In this document: positions 10,372 to 19,863 of the stretch, one piece after another | Position numbering within the stretch: position 1 is the first letter of the stretch | Layout: each line of letters starts with the position of its first letter | DNA from: Giardia intestinalis | Lineage: Eukaryota | DNA: 64,000 bases | Direction: 5' to 3' (one strand) | Assembly: GCA_000002435.2 (NCBI GenBank) | Contig: CM018790.1 | The notes under the pieces: generated by a model | The model's database searches: none | What the model saw: the letters and a program-made list of their open reading frames with translations, nothing else | What the model was told of the DNA's origin: nothing | Position numbers and translations under genes: made by a program

Positions 10372-12003
10372 GCTTTGGGCCCGGGCGGGCACGCTCTGGC
10401 CTGCAGCGCCGCGACCTTCCAGGGCGTCTCCGGGGCCCGGCGAGGCACACCCGCCGCCGCGGGCTGTGCCGGCCGGCCACAGGCGGCTGCTGTTCGCTTC
10501 CTCGCGACCGCTTGCCACCCAGGGTCCTGCCTGTCGCTGAGGGTCCTCGGATCAGGCCCTGTCTCCGGCCAGCCGATCGAGCCGCTACCGGATCACCAGG
10601 AAGAGCAGACCCACCCATTCTGCGGCCGACACACTACCACTCTCGGAAGCGCTACGCACATAGAGAGTCTACAGCGCACTCAGCCTGACAGCTGTGATGA
10701 GCCAATACTCGACAACGCAGCATAGACAAGGGCACCGTCACGCATAGACGCCTCCACATAGTTTGCTTTGGTTCATTACGGCAAGCTTGCCAGCTGCTGT
10801 CCGACTAAATTACTCAAAGAGAACGGCTGCGGTGGACAACATTCTTGCTCATTGAATTTGAGATCCGATGATTCGGATGCCATCTAGTTCTGGTGGAGAA
10901 AGAGATCTCCATGAGTCCCTGCTGCAGGAATCACCAGTTCAGCTCTTGCACTACTGTTTCAGGGACACTCCGTCCCCTTTGCTTACTCCCCTTGGGCGCT
11001 AGAACTTGGGCACTGCCTATGTCTTGTTACATGGGTCGATGGCGCCCCCAACTTCCGTCGCAATGTCTCGTAGGGACCACCGACGTTAGTAGAGGCGTAG
11101 CTCAGATGGCGAGAGGCTGGGGCCTAACGATTAACATTGCTAAGCGTAAGAGCATCCAGAAGGTATGAAAAGTTTTCTTCCTGGGAACCCAGTCTCGAAA
11201 GAGCGGCTATCTGCAGCCCTCAGGGCGATCGCGAGTACATCAAAGCATCTGAAGCTGGTAATTGATACGCCATATGACTTCTACGAATCCTTCAACGGAC
11301 TGGTCAGGGTCTCTAGCTGAGATACTTGTTTCGGACCTGAAGAAGCCCATTGCGTTTTTGGCTATACAGGACAGCGGCAGCCTGGGGGTCCACCTACTGG
11401 GCGTCTACTACAGCAGCTGGCGGTGCCTGACATCATCGAGTAGATGGGTGCCGGTTGTAGAGAGAGACGGCCTAACGACGAACCGGTCCTGATCGCTTCT
11501 GATGCTTTGGATGACGCCTCGACAGACCGAAGCATCACCCCAAGTGTGCTGTGCAGATGGACCAGCCCACACGTCACTGAGCCAGACACACTGCACAGGA
11601 TGGGCGCCGATGCGGTCTCGTGCTGGGTGACGGAGCACCTCTGCGACCCATGAACCGAGGACTGGACCTCTCCCCTGATACCAGCGCATGGGAGTACTCC
11701 ATCGACATCCACGAATGCGTACCACAACCTCAAGATAGAGGCGCATGGGGAGCGCGCCCTCCCGGTCATACTCGGAACCGATGATCGCTTCATGGGGAGA
11801 CGAAGAGGCACCCGAGGAACGGGGTAGACACCGGGGTCGTGGCGTGCGATCTTTGTCGTAGAGCACCAAGACCTTGAAGTACATGGCCAGAGTCAACTGC
11901 TCTGAGGCCAGATCGCCGTGGATGATGCAGACCCGAGACAACGGATGCTCACTAGACATCAGACGAGAATTGACCCCGACGGGCCAGAGAGAAGGGAGGA
12001 ATC
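10372..12003. repeat. Left arm of a large inverted repeat; the outer ~1.16 kb is near-identical to the right arm and the inner ~0.47 kb is ~85% identical with indels
   Basis: Reverse-complement identity to 18108-19766. Track ORFs 10893..11168(+) and 18975..19250(-) encode identical 91-aa strings. 11262..11492(+) and 18651..18881(-) encode identical 76-aa strings. 10348..10725(+) and 19418..19768(-) are identical over 116 aa. The outer boundary was read directly: identity stops after ...cccgggcccaaagc. Outer 10380-10640 is ~75% GC. Confidence 0.8.
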
Positions 12004-12523
12004 CTAGAGGCACCGCAAGAAACAGCAGGGACTCTTAAAAGAGACGGGGCATAGGAGTTCTTCCGCCGGGATTCGAGAACACCCGACTCTCGGATTTCTG
12101 ATCTCAGCTAATGTATGAGTGAGAGACTTGCCTAGAGTGGTGGTGGCTCGCATGAGAGACCACTCAGATAGCAAATGAGAGTAAATTAGGGGACCTTATT
12201 GAAAAAGAAACGGTGACCCGAGCTTCACCCATCGTGAAACAAGACCAAGGAGAAGCGCCATGGGTAGAGCAGAGAGTCTGCGAGAAGGCCTGAACCCCGA
12301 AAGGACCGATGTACGCATTCGGTCTGAGCATGCACCCATGAAACGGTAGAGAAATGTACCGGGCCCTGGATGTATCACTGGAGAGGACCCTCTTGTTATG
12401 TTATCAATGACCAACAGTCGTCTCTGAACTGGTCAGAGCTTGAGCGAGGATCACACGCAAGATCTCTGGACAATCCTCAGATAGCCCCAGCAGCATAGTG
12501 TAATAAGCTACATACAACAATGC

Positions 12524-12538
12524 GTTTACTACCTAAGT
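12524..12538 (-). promoter_or_regulatory. VSP-type extended polyadenylation signal immediately 3' of the stop
   Basis: On the mRNA strand the sequence reads TAG ATGT ACTTAGGTAGTAAAC. This matches the conserved Giardia VSP 3' motif ACTYAGRTAGTRAAY, which contains the general poly(A) signal AGTRAAY. Confidence 0.6.
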
Positions 12539-12542
12539 ACAT

Positions 12543-15245
12543 CTACGCCTTCCCGCGGCAGAGGAACCACCAACACAAGAAGCCCACAAGACCACCTACA
12601 ACAACGATCACAGCAACAGAGATGCCCGCGATCGCGCCAGTGCTGAGCCCGCTCTTGTTGACGCTTCCGCCGTTGTCAGTGCCATCCGTCTTGACGTAGC
12701 AGATGACAGAACCACTATTACCAGTTGGAGGATCGCAGCTTGCGCAGTTAGCGACACCCTGGATGCTACCGCTTGTCTCTGTACACAGCTTGCATGCTTT
12801 ACTGGCGTCCAAGTAACGGCCAGGTGGACAGGCGCTGCACTTATCGGGTTGATTGGCCACGGTGCATGTGGCACAAGTGGAATCGCATAATGGACACATG
12901 TTCGAGACAGCTGTCAAGCCATTCGCACATGTTTGGCATTTTCCATCCCCAGTGGGCGTTGTGCAGATGCTCTTCCCGGGGAGCCTGTCAGTCTTGTAGC
13001 ATCCGCCCTCCTGGATGAAGTATCCGGCGGCGCAGACCGTGCAAGCACCGTTAGCGGCAGTGGTGCAGAACAGAGTCCTGGCCGCATTGCTCGTGCAGAC
13101 GCCATTGAGCGGCACGTTGCTCCCCTTGCACTTCGAGCAGTACTTGGTACCTCCAATTGTTAGGCCGCACGTCTCGCACTCCGGGCCTTCCACGCATTGC
13201 TCCACGCACGTGCCGCCCTCATTAAGCTTGCTTTCGTCGGCGTACCTCAGCATCTTCCCGGCGGGACAGGCCGTGCACTTGGAAGCGCCGGCCCCGCTGC
13301 ACTCCGCACAGGAGGGGTCGCAGGGCGCGCACGTTTGTCCGGATAGATACGTTCCGACAGGGCAGGCATCTAAGCATGCCTTCTTCGTCGGGGTCAGATG
13401 CTTGCCTGGTTCACACGCCTCGCAAGTCTGCTTGTCCGAGGAGCACGTCTGGCAGTTCTCGATCGGGCAGTCGGCCGGCGCTGGGTTGCACGCCCTGTTA
13501 TCCCCGCTGGCCACGAATCCCGGCTTGCACGCCTCGCACGTCGCCTTGTCCGAGGAGCACGTCTGGCAGTTCTCGATCGGGCAGTCGGCCGGCGCTGGGT
13601 TGCACGCCCTGTTATCCCCGCTGGCCACGAATCCCGGCTTGCACGCCTCGCACGTCGCCTTGTCCGAGGAGCACGTCTGGCAGTTCTCGATCGGGCAGTC
13701 GGCCGGCGCTGGGTTGCACGCCCTGTTATCCCCGCTGGCCACGAATCCCGGCTTGCACGCCTCGCACGTCGCCTTGTCCGAGGAGCACGTCTGGCAGTTC
13801 TCGATCGGGCAGTCGGCCGGCGCTGGGTTGCACGCCCTGTTATCCCCGCTGGCCACGAATCCCGGCTTGCACGCCTCGCACGTCGCCTTGTCCGAGGAGC
13901 ACGTCTGGCAGTTCTCGATCGGGCAGTCGGCCGGCGCTGGGTTGCACGCCCTGTTATCCCCGCTGGCCACGAATCCCGGCTTGCACGCCTCGCACGTCGC
14001 CTTGTCCGAGGAGCACGTCTGGCAGTTCTCGATCGGGCAGTCGGCCGGCGCTGGGTTGCACGCCCTGTTATCCCCGCTGGCCACGAATCCCGGCTTGCAC
14101 GCCTCGCACGTCGCCTTGTCCGAGGAGCACGTCTGGCAGTTCTCGATCGGGCAGTCGGCCGGCGCTGGGTTGCACGCCCTGTTATCCCCGCTGGCCACGA
14201 ATCCCGGCTTGCACGCCTCGCACGTCGCCTTGTCCGAGGAGCACGTCTGGCAGTTCTCGATCGGGCAGTCGGCCGGCGCTGGGTTGCACGCCCTGTTATC
14301 CCCGCTGGCCACGAATCCCGGCTTGCACGCCTCGCACGTCGCCTTGTCCGAGGAGCACGTCTGGCAGTTCTCGATCGGGCAGTCGGCCGGCGCTGGGTTG
14401 CACGCCCTGTTATCCCCGCTGGCCACGAATCCCGGCTTGCACGCCTCGCACGTCGCCTTGTCCGAGGAGCACGTCTGGCAGTTCTCGATCGGGCAGTCGG
14501 CCGGCGCTGGGTTGCACGCCCTGTTATCCCCGCTGGCCACGAATCCCGGCTTGCACGCCTCGCACGTCGCCTTGTCCGAGGAGCACGTCTGGCAGTTCTC
14601 GATCGGGCAGTCGGCCGGCGCTGGGTTGCACGCCCTGTTATCCCCGCTGGCCACGAATCCCGGCTTGCACGCCTCGCACGTCGCCTTGTCCGAGGAGCAC
14701 GTCTGGCAGTTCTCGATCGGGCAGTCGGCCGGCGCTGGGTTGCACGCCCTGTTATCCCCGCTGGCCACGAATCCCGGCTTGCACGCCTCGCACGTCGCCT
14801 TGTCCGAGGAGCACGTCTGGCAGTTCTCGATCGGGCAGTCGGCCGGCGCTGGGTTGCACGCCCTGTTATCCCCGCTGGCCACGAATCCCGGCTTGCACGC
14901 CTCGCACGTCGCCTTGTCCGAGGAGCACGTCTGGCAGTTCTCGATCGGGCAGTCGGCCGGCGCTGGGTTGCACGCCCTGTTATCCCCGCTGGCCACGAAT
15001 CCCGGCTTGCACGCCTCGCACGTCGCCTTGTCCGAGGAGCACGTCTGGCAGTTCTCGATCGGGCAGTCGGCCGGCGCTGGGTTGCACGCCCTGTTATCCC
15101 CGCTGGCCACGAATCCCGGCTTGCACGCCTCGCACGTCGCCTTGTCCGAGGAGCACGTCTGGCAGTTCTCGATCGGGCAGTCGGTCGATACTGATGTACG
15201 GTGAGCCTGTGTCACTGTAAAAACTAGGAGAAATCCTACCAACAT
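12543..15245 (-). CDS. Variant-specific surface protein (VSP) with 15 tandem 38-aa Cys-rich repeats
   Basis: Signal peptide MLVGFLLVFTVTQA. CXXC-rich ectodomain. One C-terminal TM followed by the invariant Giardia VSP tail ...GFLCWWFLCRGKA. ATG at 15243-15245, TAG stop at 12543-12545. The 38-aa unit DCPIENCQTCSSDKATCEACKPGFVASGDNRACNPAPA is repeated about 15 times. Confidence 0.9.
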   Translation of the reverse strand: MLVGFLLVFTVTQAHRTSVSTDCPIENCQTCSSDKATCEACKPGFVASGDNRACNPAPADCPIENCQTCSSDKATCEACKPGFVASGDNRACNPAPADCPIENCQTCSSDKATCEACKPGFVASGDNRACNPAPADCPIENCQTCSSDKATCEACKPGFVASGDNRACNPAPADCPIENCQTCSSDKATCEACKPGFVASGDNRACNPAPADCPIENCQTCSSDKATCEACKPGFVASGDNRACNPAPADCPIENCQTCSSDKATCEACKPGFVASGDNRACNPAPADCPIENCQTCSSDKATCEACKPGFVASGDNRACNPAPADCPIENCQTCSSDKATCEACKPGFVASGDNRACNPAPADCPIENCQTCSSDKATCEACKPGFVASGDNRACNPAPADCPIENCQTCSSDKATCEACKPGFVASGDNRACNPAPADCPIENCQTCSSDKATCEACKPGFVASGDNRACNPAPADCPIENCQTCSSDKATCEACKPGFVASGDNRACNPAPADCPIENCQTCSSDKATCEACKPGFVASGDNRACNPAPADCPIENCQTCSSDKATCEACKPGFVASGDNRACNPAPADCPIENCQTCSSDKQTCEACEPGKHLTPTKKACLDACPVGTYLSGQTCAPCDPSCAECSGAGASKCTACPAGKMLRYADESKLNEGGTCVEQCVEGPECETCGLTIGGTKYCSKCKGSNVPLNGVCTSNAARTLFCTTAANGACTVCAAGYFIQEGGCYKTDRLPGKSICTTPTGDGKCQTCANGLTAVSNMCPLCDSTCATCTVANQPDKCSACPPGRYLDASKACKLCTETSGSIQGVANCASCDPPTGNSGSVICYVKTDGTDNGGSVNKSGLSTGAIAGISVAVIVVVGGLVGFLCWWFLCRGKA
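13417..15184. repeat. Perfect tandem array, 114-bp unit x ~15.5, inside the VSP coding sequence
   Basis: Unit gcctcgcacgtcgccttgtccgaggagcacgtctggcagttctcgatcgggcagtcggccggcgctgggttgcacgccctgttatccccgctggccacgaatcccggcttgcac repeats head-to-tail with no visible mismatches. The first copy (13417-13530) is degenerate. This array produces the spurious long ORFs in three + frames. Confidence 0.9.
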
Positions 15246-15878
15246 TAGCCGGGTTAGTATGCCACTGCTCTTCTGTCAGGCCGGTGTATTGGCCGCGAGC
15301 AGTGAGAGACAGCCGCTCTTGCTCTCTCGATCAGTTGGACTGAAGAAGGATAAGATAGGAGCACGCCCACCGGAGGCCGGCTGATAGTGCAGTTCCCCCT
15401 GACTTCGATAGGAACAGGACCAGTGATGACTAGACTCAGACCGCACCTCTCTTGTGGAATGATTGTTCGGGGCGCACTCCTGTACATTGCTGTCACTGTA
15501 TCACTGGGCCCGCCTGCAAGTGCGCTCAGAGATCCCACGGGTAAGCTGCGCCCACTTCTCGACCGTCCGGAGACGATGGCTAGTTGTGGATAACATACTA
15601 AGAGCTCCTCTCCATCGATGCATCCAGAGCTCAGTGTGGTCCCAGTCGGCGTGCCCTGTCGAGGGTGCTCCATGTCGGCCTCCAGGATCCGGCCTGCTCA
15701 GGGCCATACAAGCCGTTAGTATGCCTCTCCTTGGCCTGCCATCGACAGCTCGCACTGGCCGCCCTGCTCGGGTAGTAGCCAAGGTCACTCCAAAGGGTGG
15801 CTCCGGATTGCAGTTAAGATTAGCGATGGCTGTTGGCTCCACTCCCCGTTCCAACTGCCGCGGAGGGCGCCCTGGGAG

Positions 15879-18016
15879 ATGCTAGTAACAGTGCAGTTAG
15901 CGGCTTTGCAGAGCCGATGGGCGCTGGTGGCATCCCCGTGCTCAGCGGGGGCCTTCAGTGTTATCTACTCTCCCAAGGGATGCCCCTACCTCGCCGTGAG
16001 AGAGATCCGGCTCGACGGTCTGGATCAGCACGGTGTGGATGCTAAAGCGTGGGCTGGTCGCCCTTCTTAACATCTTTCACCTGGGAGTCCTCAAGCACTA
16101 TCAAGTGATTGAAGACGAGGGCCTCATCTACGTCGTCACGGACCGGCACGACAAGACCCTTGAGCGCCTCCTCACCGAGCACAAACGAAGGAAGATCCCC
16201 GTCCCTATCGCTGTGATCCTCTCTGTCATGAAGCAGGTCGCTGCCGCCCTCGCCTACCTCCACGGCCTCAGCGGAGTGGGTGCCGACGGTCGCCCCTACA
16301 AGGGCCTCGTCCACCGCGACCTCAAGCTTGCGAACGTCCTCGTCAGCGCAGATGGTGAACACTTCATCATCGCCGACTTCGGCCTCTGTAAGGACGCCCT
16401 GAGATGCGGGAGCACCATTGCAGGCACGGCAGTATACATGGCCCCCGAGATTCTCCTCCGTAATGAGACCAGCCATGCTTCCGACGTGTGGAGCCTCGGG
16501 GTCATCATTTATGAATTAGTAACTCTGAGGAGACCGGACTTCTTGGGGGGCAAGGAGCCAGCAGAGGTCTTCGTCGACGGGTGGAGGCCGGACCTGAGCG
16601 GTGTCACTGATGGCTTCATAAAGAGTGTTCTGGAGAGGATATTCGTGCTGGAACCAGAGGAAAGACTGACGGCCAGGGAGCTGCACGAGACGCTCACTGC
16701 GGCTGACATCCCAGTTAGTGAGCTGAGGGGCAGTGCGTGATGCTGAGGTACAAGTGCGGATCCTTGGAGGCTGCGCTGAATGGCGCTAACGCCAGGATCG
16801 CGCTGCTGGAAGAGGAGGTTAAGACTAAGTCTACTAAGATTGACGCACTCGAAGAGCAAGGTAAGGAGCACCTAGCCATGATTAAGGCACTGGAGAGTAG
16901 GCTTGCACAGTTCGGTGACAGGATGAACACGACTGACCCTCAGTCCAGCCTCCTTTTGCTGCCCAGGCTGATGCGTGCCGCGCATACGAATAGCATGGAA
17001 ACCGTCTGGATGCTGCTTGAAGAAGGACTCGGCGTTGGCTAGCGTGACGAGCAGGGGCACGTCAGTCCCGTCGAGTTGCTTGTTGGGGAGGAGAGGGGCC
17101 TCCAGGACAGGAACGGCTGGACCCCCTGATGATCACCACAGAGGAGGGCTATGCAAGAGCTGCCTCCCTTCTGGTCCCATATGAGAAGGACCGGATCGGC
17201 AGCGAAGGCAAGACGGCCTTGGTGATTGCGGCAGAGGCAGGACATGGAACTGTGGTGGAGGCCATCGACCCAACCGATGAGAATGGCGTCACGGCGCTCA
17301 TGCGAGCTGTTAATAGAAACTACGTGGGGCCTGTGAAGGCAGTCATACTTAGCCAGAGAAGGAGGAAAACATACAAAGAGGTCATAGCAAGCGGATGGTA
17401 CATGCGCACAGGAACAGCTCTGATGATGGCTGCGGCACATGGATACGCAGAAATAGTAGAACTGCTAGTGGAACACGAAAAGGGGAGAAAGTAGGCGGTT
17501 GGGCCGCTCTCATATTCGCGGCACGGTGCGACCGTTCCAATGACCCCCTGGTGGACTATATTGGGCGCGTTGAGCTTTTGATGGAGTATGAGAGCAATAT
17601 CTCAGGGTGGACGGAGCTCATGTATGCAGTAGCACGAGGGCAGAAGGGAGTGTAGAGCTGCTCAAGCAGGAGACTGGGATACAGAATAACGATCATCAGA
17701 CTGTCCTCACGTGGACGGTGTGCAATGATCACCCAGAGTGTGTCAGGCCCCTGCTGAAGGACGAAGGCTGCATGCAAACGACCAAGGGGGGACCGCCCTT
17801 ATGAACGCAGCATATAGCAACACCGTGGAATGTGCAAGACTTCCTAAAGAAAACGAGAAGGAGCTGAAGACAATTTCTAGCTGCCATGGTCACTCGCCCG
17901 GTACCACTGCCCTCAATATCGCTAAGAAGAAGGATCGCAAAGAGATAGTAGACATCCTCCCAAACGAGATCTACTCTGCTTCATCAAGGTCGGCTTGCCA
18001 GCTCCTGTCCGAGTAA
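15879..18016 (+). pseudogene. NEK-family protein kinase - coiled-coil - ankyrin-repeat gene, disrupted by at least six frame changes
   Basis: Kinase subdomains I-II (SAGAFSVIY..., LAVREI) lie in frame 0 at 15879-16070. Subdomains III-XI lie in frame 1 at 16033-16740 (HRDLKLANVLV, ADFGLC, YMAPE, DVWSLGVIIYEL); that segment 'starts' with GTG. A coiled coil (LEEEVKTKSTKIDALEEQGKEHLAMIKALESRLAQ) lies in frame 0 at 16737-17042. Ankyrin repeats (GKTALVIAAEAGHGTVVEAI, GTALMMAAAHGYAEIVELLVEH, GGTALMNAAYSNTVECA, GTTALNIAKKKDRKEIVDIL) are spread over frames 2/1/0/2 between 17129 and 18016. Confidence 0.6.
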
Positions 18017-18107
18017 ATCCGTCCAGGATCCGGAGTCCGGATGCCGCCCACTCTGGAGAAGAGCCTTGTGCATCCCGCCTAGGAGCCATTGGGTGCTCCA
18101 CTATATG

Positions 18108-19766
18108 CTTCGGGGCGTCCCTTCTCTCTGGCCCGTCGGGGTCAGCCATCGCCTGATATCTAGTGAGCACCCGTTGTCCCGGGCCTTGCGTCGGTCACGG
18201 CGATCCTGTCTCAAGAGCAATTGACTCTGGCCATGTACTCTGGAGTAGCTTTGTGGTGCTGATGCTCCATGACGAAGATCGCGCCCCACGACCCCGGGTG
18301 TCGACTCCCGTTCCTCGGGGTGCCTCTTCATCTTCTCGTGGAGGGCACCATCTGTTCCATTATCAAGGATGCGCTCCCCGTGCGCCTCTGTCTTGGAGTC
18401 ATAGTACGCATTCGTGGATGCCAGCGGAGCACTCCCATGCGGTGGTGTCGGGGGAGAAGTATGGCCCTCCTATTCATGGATCGAAGGGCGCTCTTGCAGG
18501 CGGTCCGTCACCCAGCACGAGACCGCATCGGCGCCCATCCTGTGCAGTGCGTCTGGCTCAGTGACGTGTGGGCTGGTCCATCTGCACCGCAAAGCACGCT
18601 TGGGGGAATGATTCGGTCTGTCGAGGCGTCATCCAAAGCATCAGAAGCGATCAGGACCGGTTCGTCGTTAGGCCGTCTCTCTCTACAACCGGCACCCATC
18701 TACTCGATGATGTCAGGCACCGCCAGCTGCTGTAGTAGACGCCCAGTAGGTGGACCCCCAGGCTGCCGCTGTCCTGTATAGCCAAAAACGCAATGGGCTT
18801 CTTCAGGTCCGAAACAAGTATCTCAGCTAGAGACCCTGACCAGTCCGTTGAAGGATTCGTAGAAGTCATATGGCGTATCAATTACCAGCTTCAGATGCTT
18901 TGATGTACTCGCGATCGCCCTGAGGGCTGCAGATAGCCGCTCTTTCGAGACTGGGTTCCCAGGAAGAAAACTTTTCATACCTTCTGGATGCTCTTACGCT
19001 TAGCAATGTTAATCGTTAGGCCCCAGCCTCTCGCCATCTGAGCTACGCCTCTACTAACGTCGGTGGTCCCTACGAGACATTGCGACGGAAGTTGGGGGCG
19101 CCATCGACCCATGTAACAAGACATAGGCAGTGCCCAAGTTCTAGCGCCCAAGGGGAGTAAGCAAAGGGGACGGAGTGTCCCTGAAACAGTAGTGCAAGAG
19201 CTGAACTGGTGATTCCTGCAGCAGGGACTCATGGAGATCTCTTTCTCCACCAGAACTAGATGGCATCCGAATCATCGGATCTCAAATTCAATGAGCAAGA
19301 ATGTTGTCCACCGCAGCCGTTCTCTTTGAGTAATTTAGTCGGACAGCAGCTGGCAAGCTTGCCGTAATGAACCAAAGCAAACTATGTGGAGGCGTCTATG
19401 CGTGACGGTGCCCTTGTCTATGCTGCGTTGTCGAGTATTGGCTCATCACAGCTGTCAGGCTGAGTGCGCTGTAGACTCTCTATGTGCGTAGCGCTTCCGA
19501 GAGTGGTAGTGTGTCGGCCGCAGAATGGGTGGGTCTGCTCTTCCTGGTGATCCGGTAGCGGCTCGATCGGCTGGCCGGAGACAGGGCCTGATCCGAGGAC
19601 CCTCAGCGACAGGCAGGACCCTGGGTGGCAAGCGGTCGCGAGGAAGCGAACAGCAGCCGCCTGTGGCCGGCCGGCACAGCCCGCGGCGGCGGGTGTGCCT
19701 CGCCGGGCCCCGGAGACGCCCTGGAAGGTCGCGGCGCTGCAGGCCAGAGCGTGCCCGCCCGGGCCC
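18108..19766. repeat. Right arm of the inverted repeat (reverse complement of 10372-12003)
   Basis: See left arm. The inner boundary was found by comparing the reverse complement of 11800-12003 with 18108-18330: ~85% identity, lost beyond 18108 and 12003. Confidence 0.8.
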
Positions 19767-19863
19767 AAAGCACAGATGATGGTTCATTTCATCTATTTAC
19801 TAGAAGGCAACTAGCCGAATAGTCTGATAAGTAGCCTCTTCTTATGCATGTTAACTGAATAAG

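Noticed and set aside
11088-11165. tRNA-like string gcgtagctcagatggcgagag (resembles acceptor/D-arm TAGCTCAGATGG) inside the left arm, mirrored near 19040
   Set aside because: I tried to complete the cloverleaf. There is no complementary 3' acceptor strand ~65 nt downstream, no anticodon stem pairing, no GTTCGA-type T-arm, and the D-stem closes with only 3 of 4 pairs. At most it is a tRNA-derived fragment, not a tRNA gene.
10278-12013. Multiple 60-200-aa ORFs on both strands inside the inverted-repeat arms (mirrored at 18163-19822), some duplicated letter-for-letter
   Set aside because: The translations are Arg/Gly/Pro/Cys/Trp-rich nonsense typical of GC-rich non-coding DNA. They overlap one another in different frames, and the copies differ by frameshifts in the inner part. 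The duplication is real, but they do not look like genes. I scanned for reverse-transcriptase (YxDD) or transposase motifs and found none.
13015-15220. Three long plus-strand ORFs (729, 614 and 598 aa) with highly repetitive translations (..HASHVALSEEHVWQFSIGQSAGAG.., ..PRSTSGSSRSGSRPALGCTPCYPRWPRIPACTPRTS.., ..RLARRLVRGARLAVLDRAVGRRWVARPVIPAGHES..)
   Set aside because: They are the alternative-frame and opposite-strand readings of the perfect 114-bp tandem array inside the VSP gene. A stop-free repeat unit whose length is a multiple of 3 yields endless ORFs in every frame. The real gene is the minus-strand VSP with signal peptide, TM and CRGKA tail.
16033-16740. 235-aa 'kinase' ORF taken as an intact gene
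   Set aside because: It begins with GTG and lacks subdomains I-II, which lie in another frame just upstream. I treat it as part of a frameshifted NEK pseudogene rather than as a stand-alone CDS.
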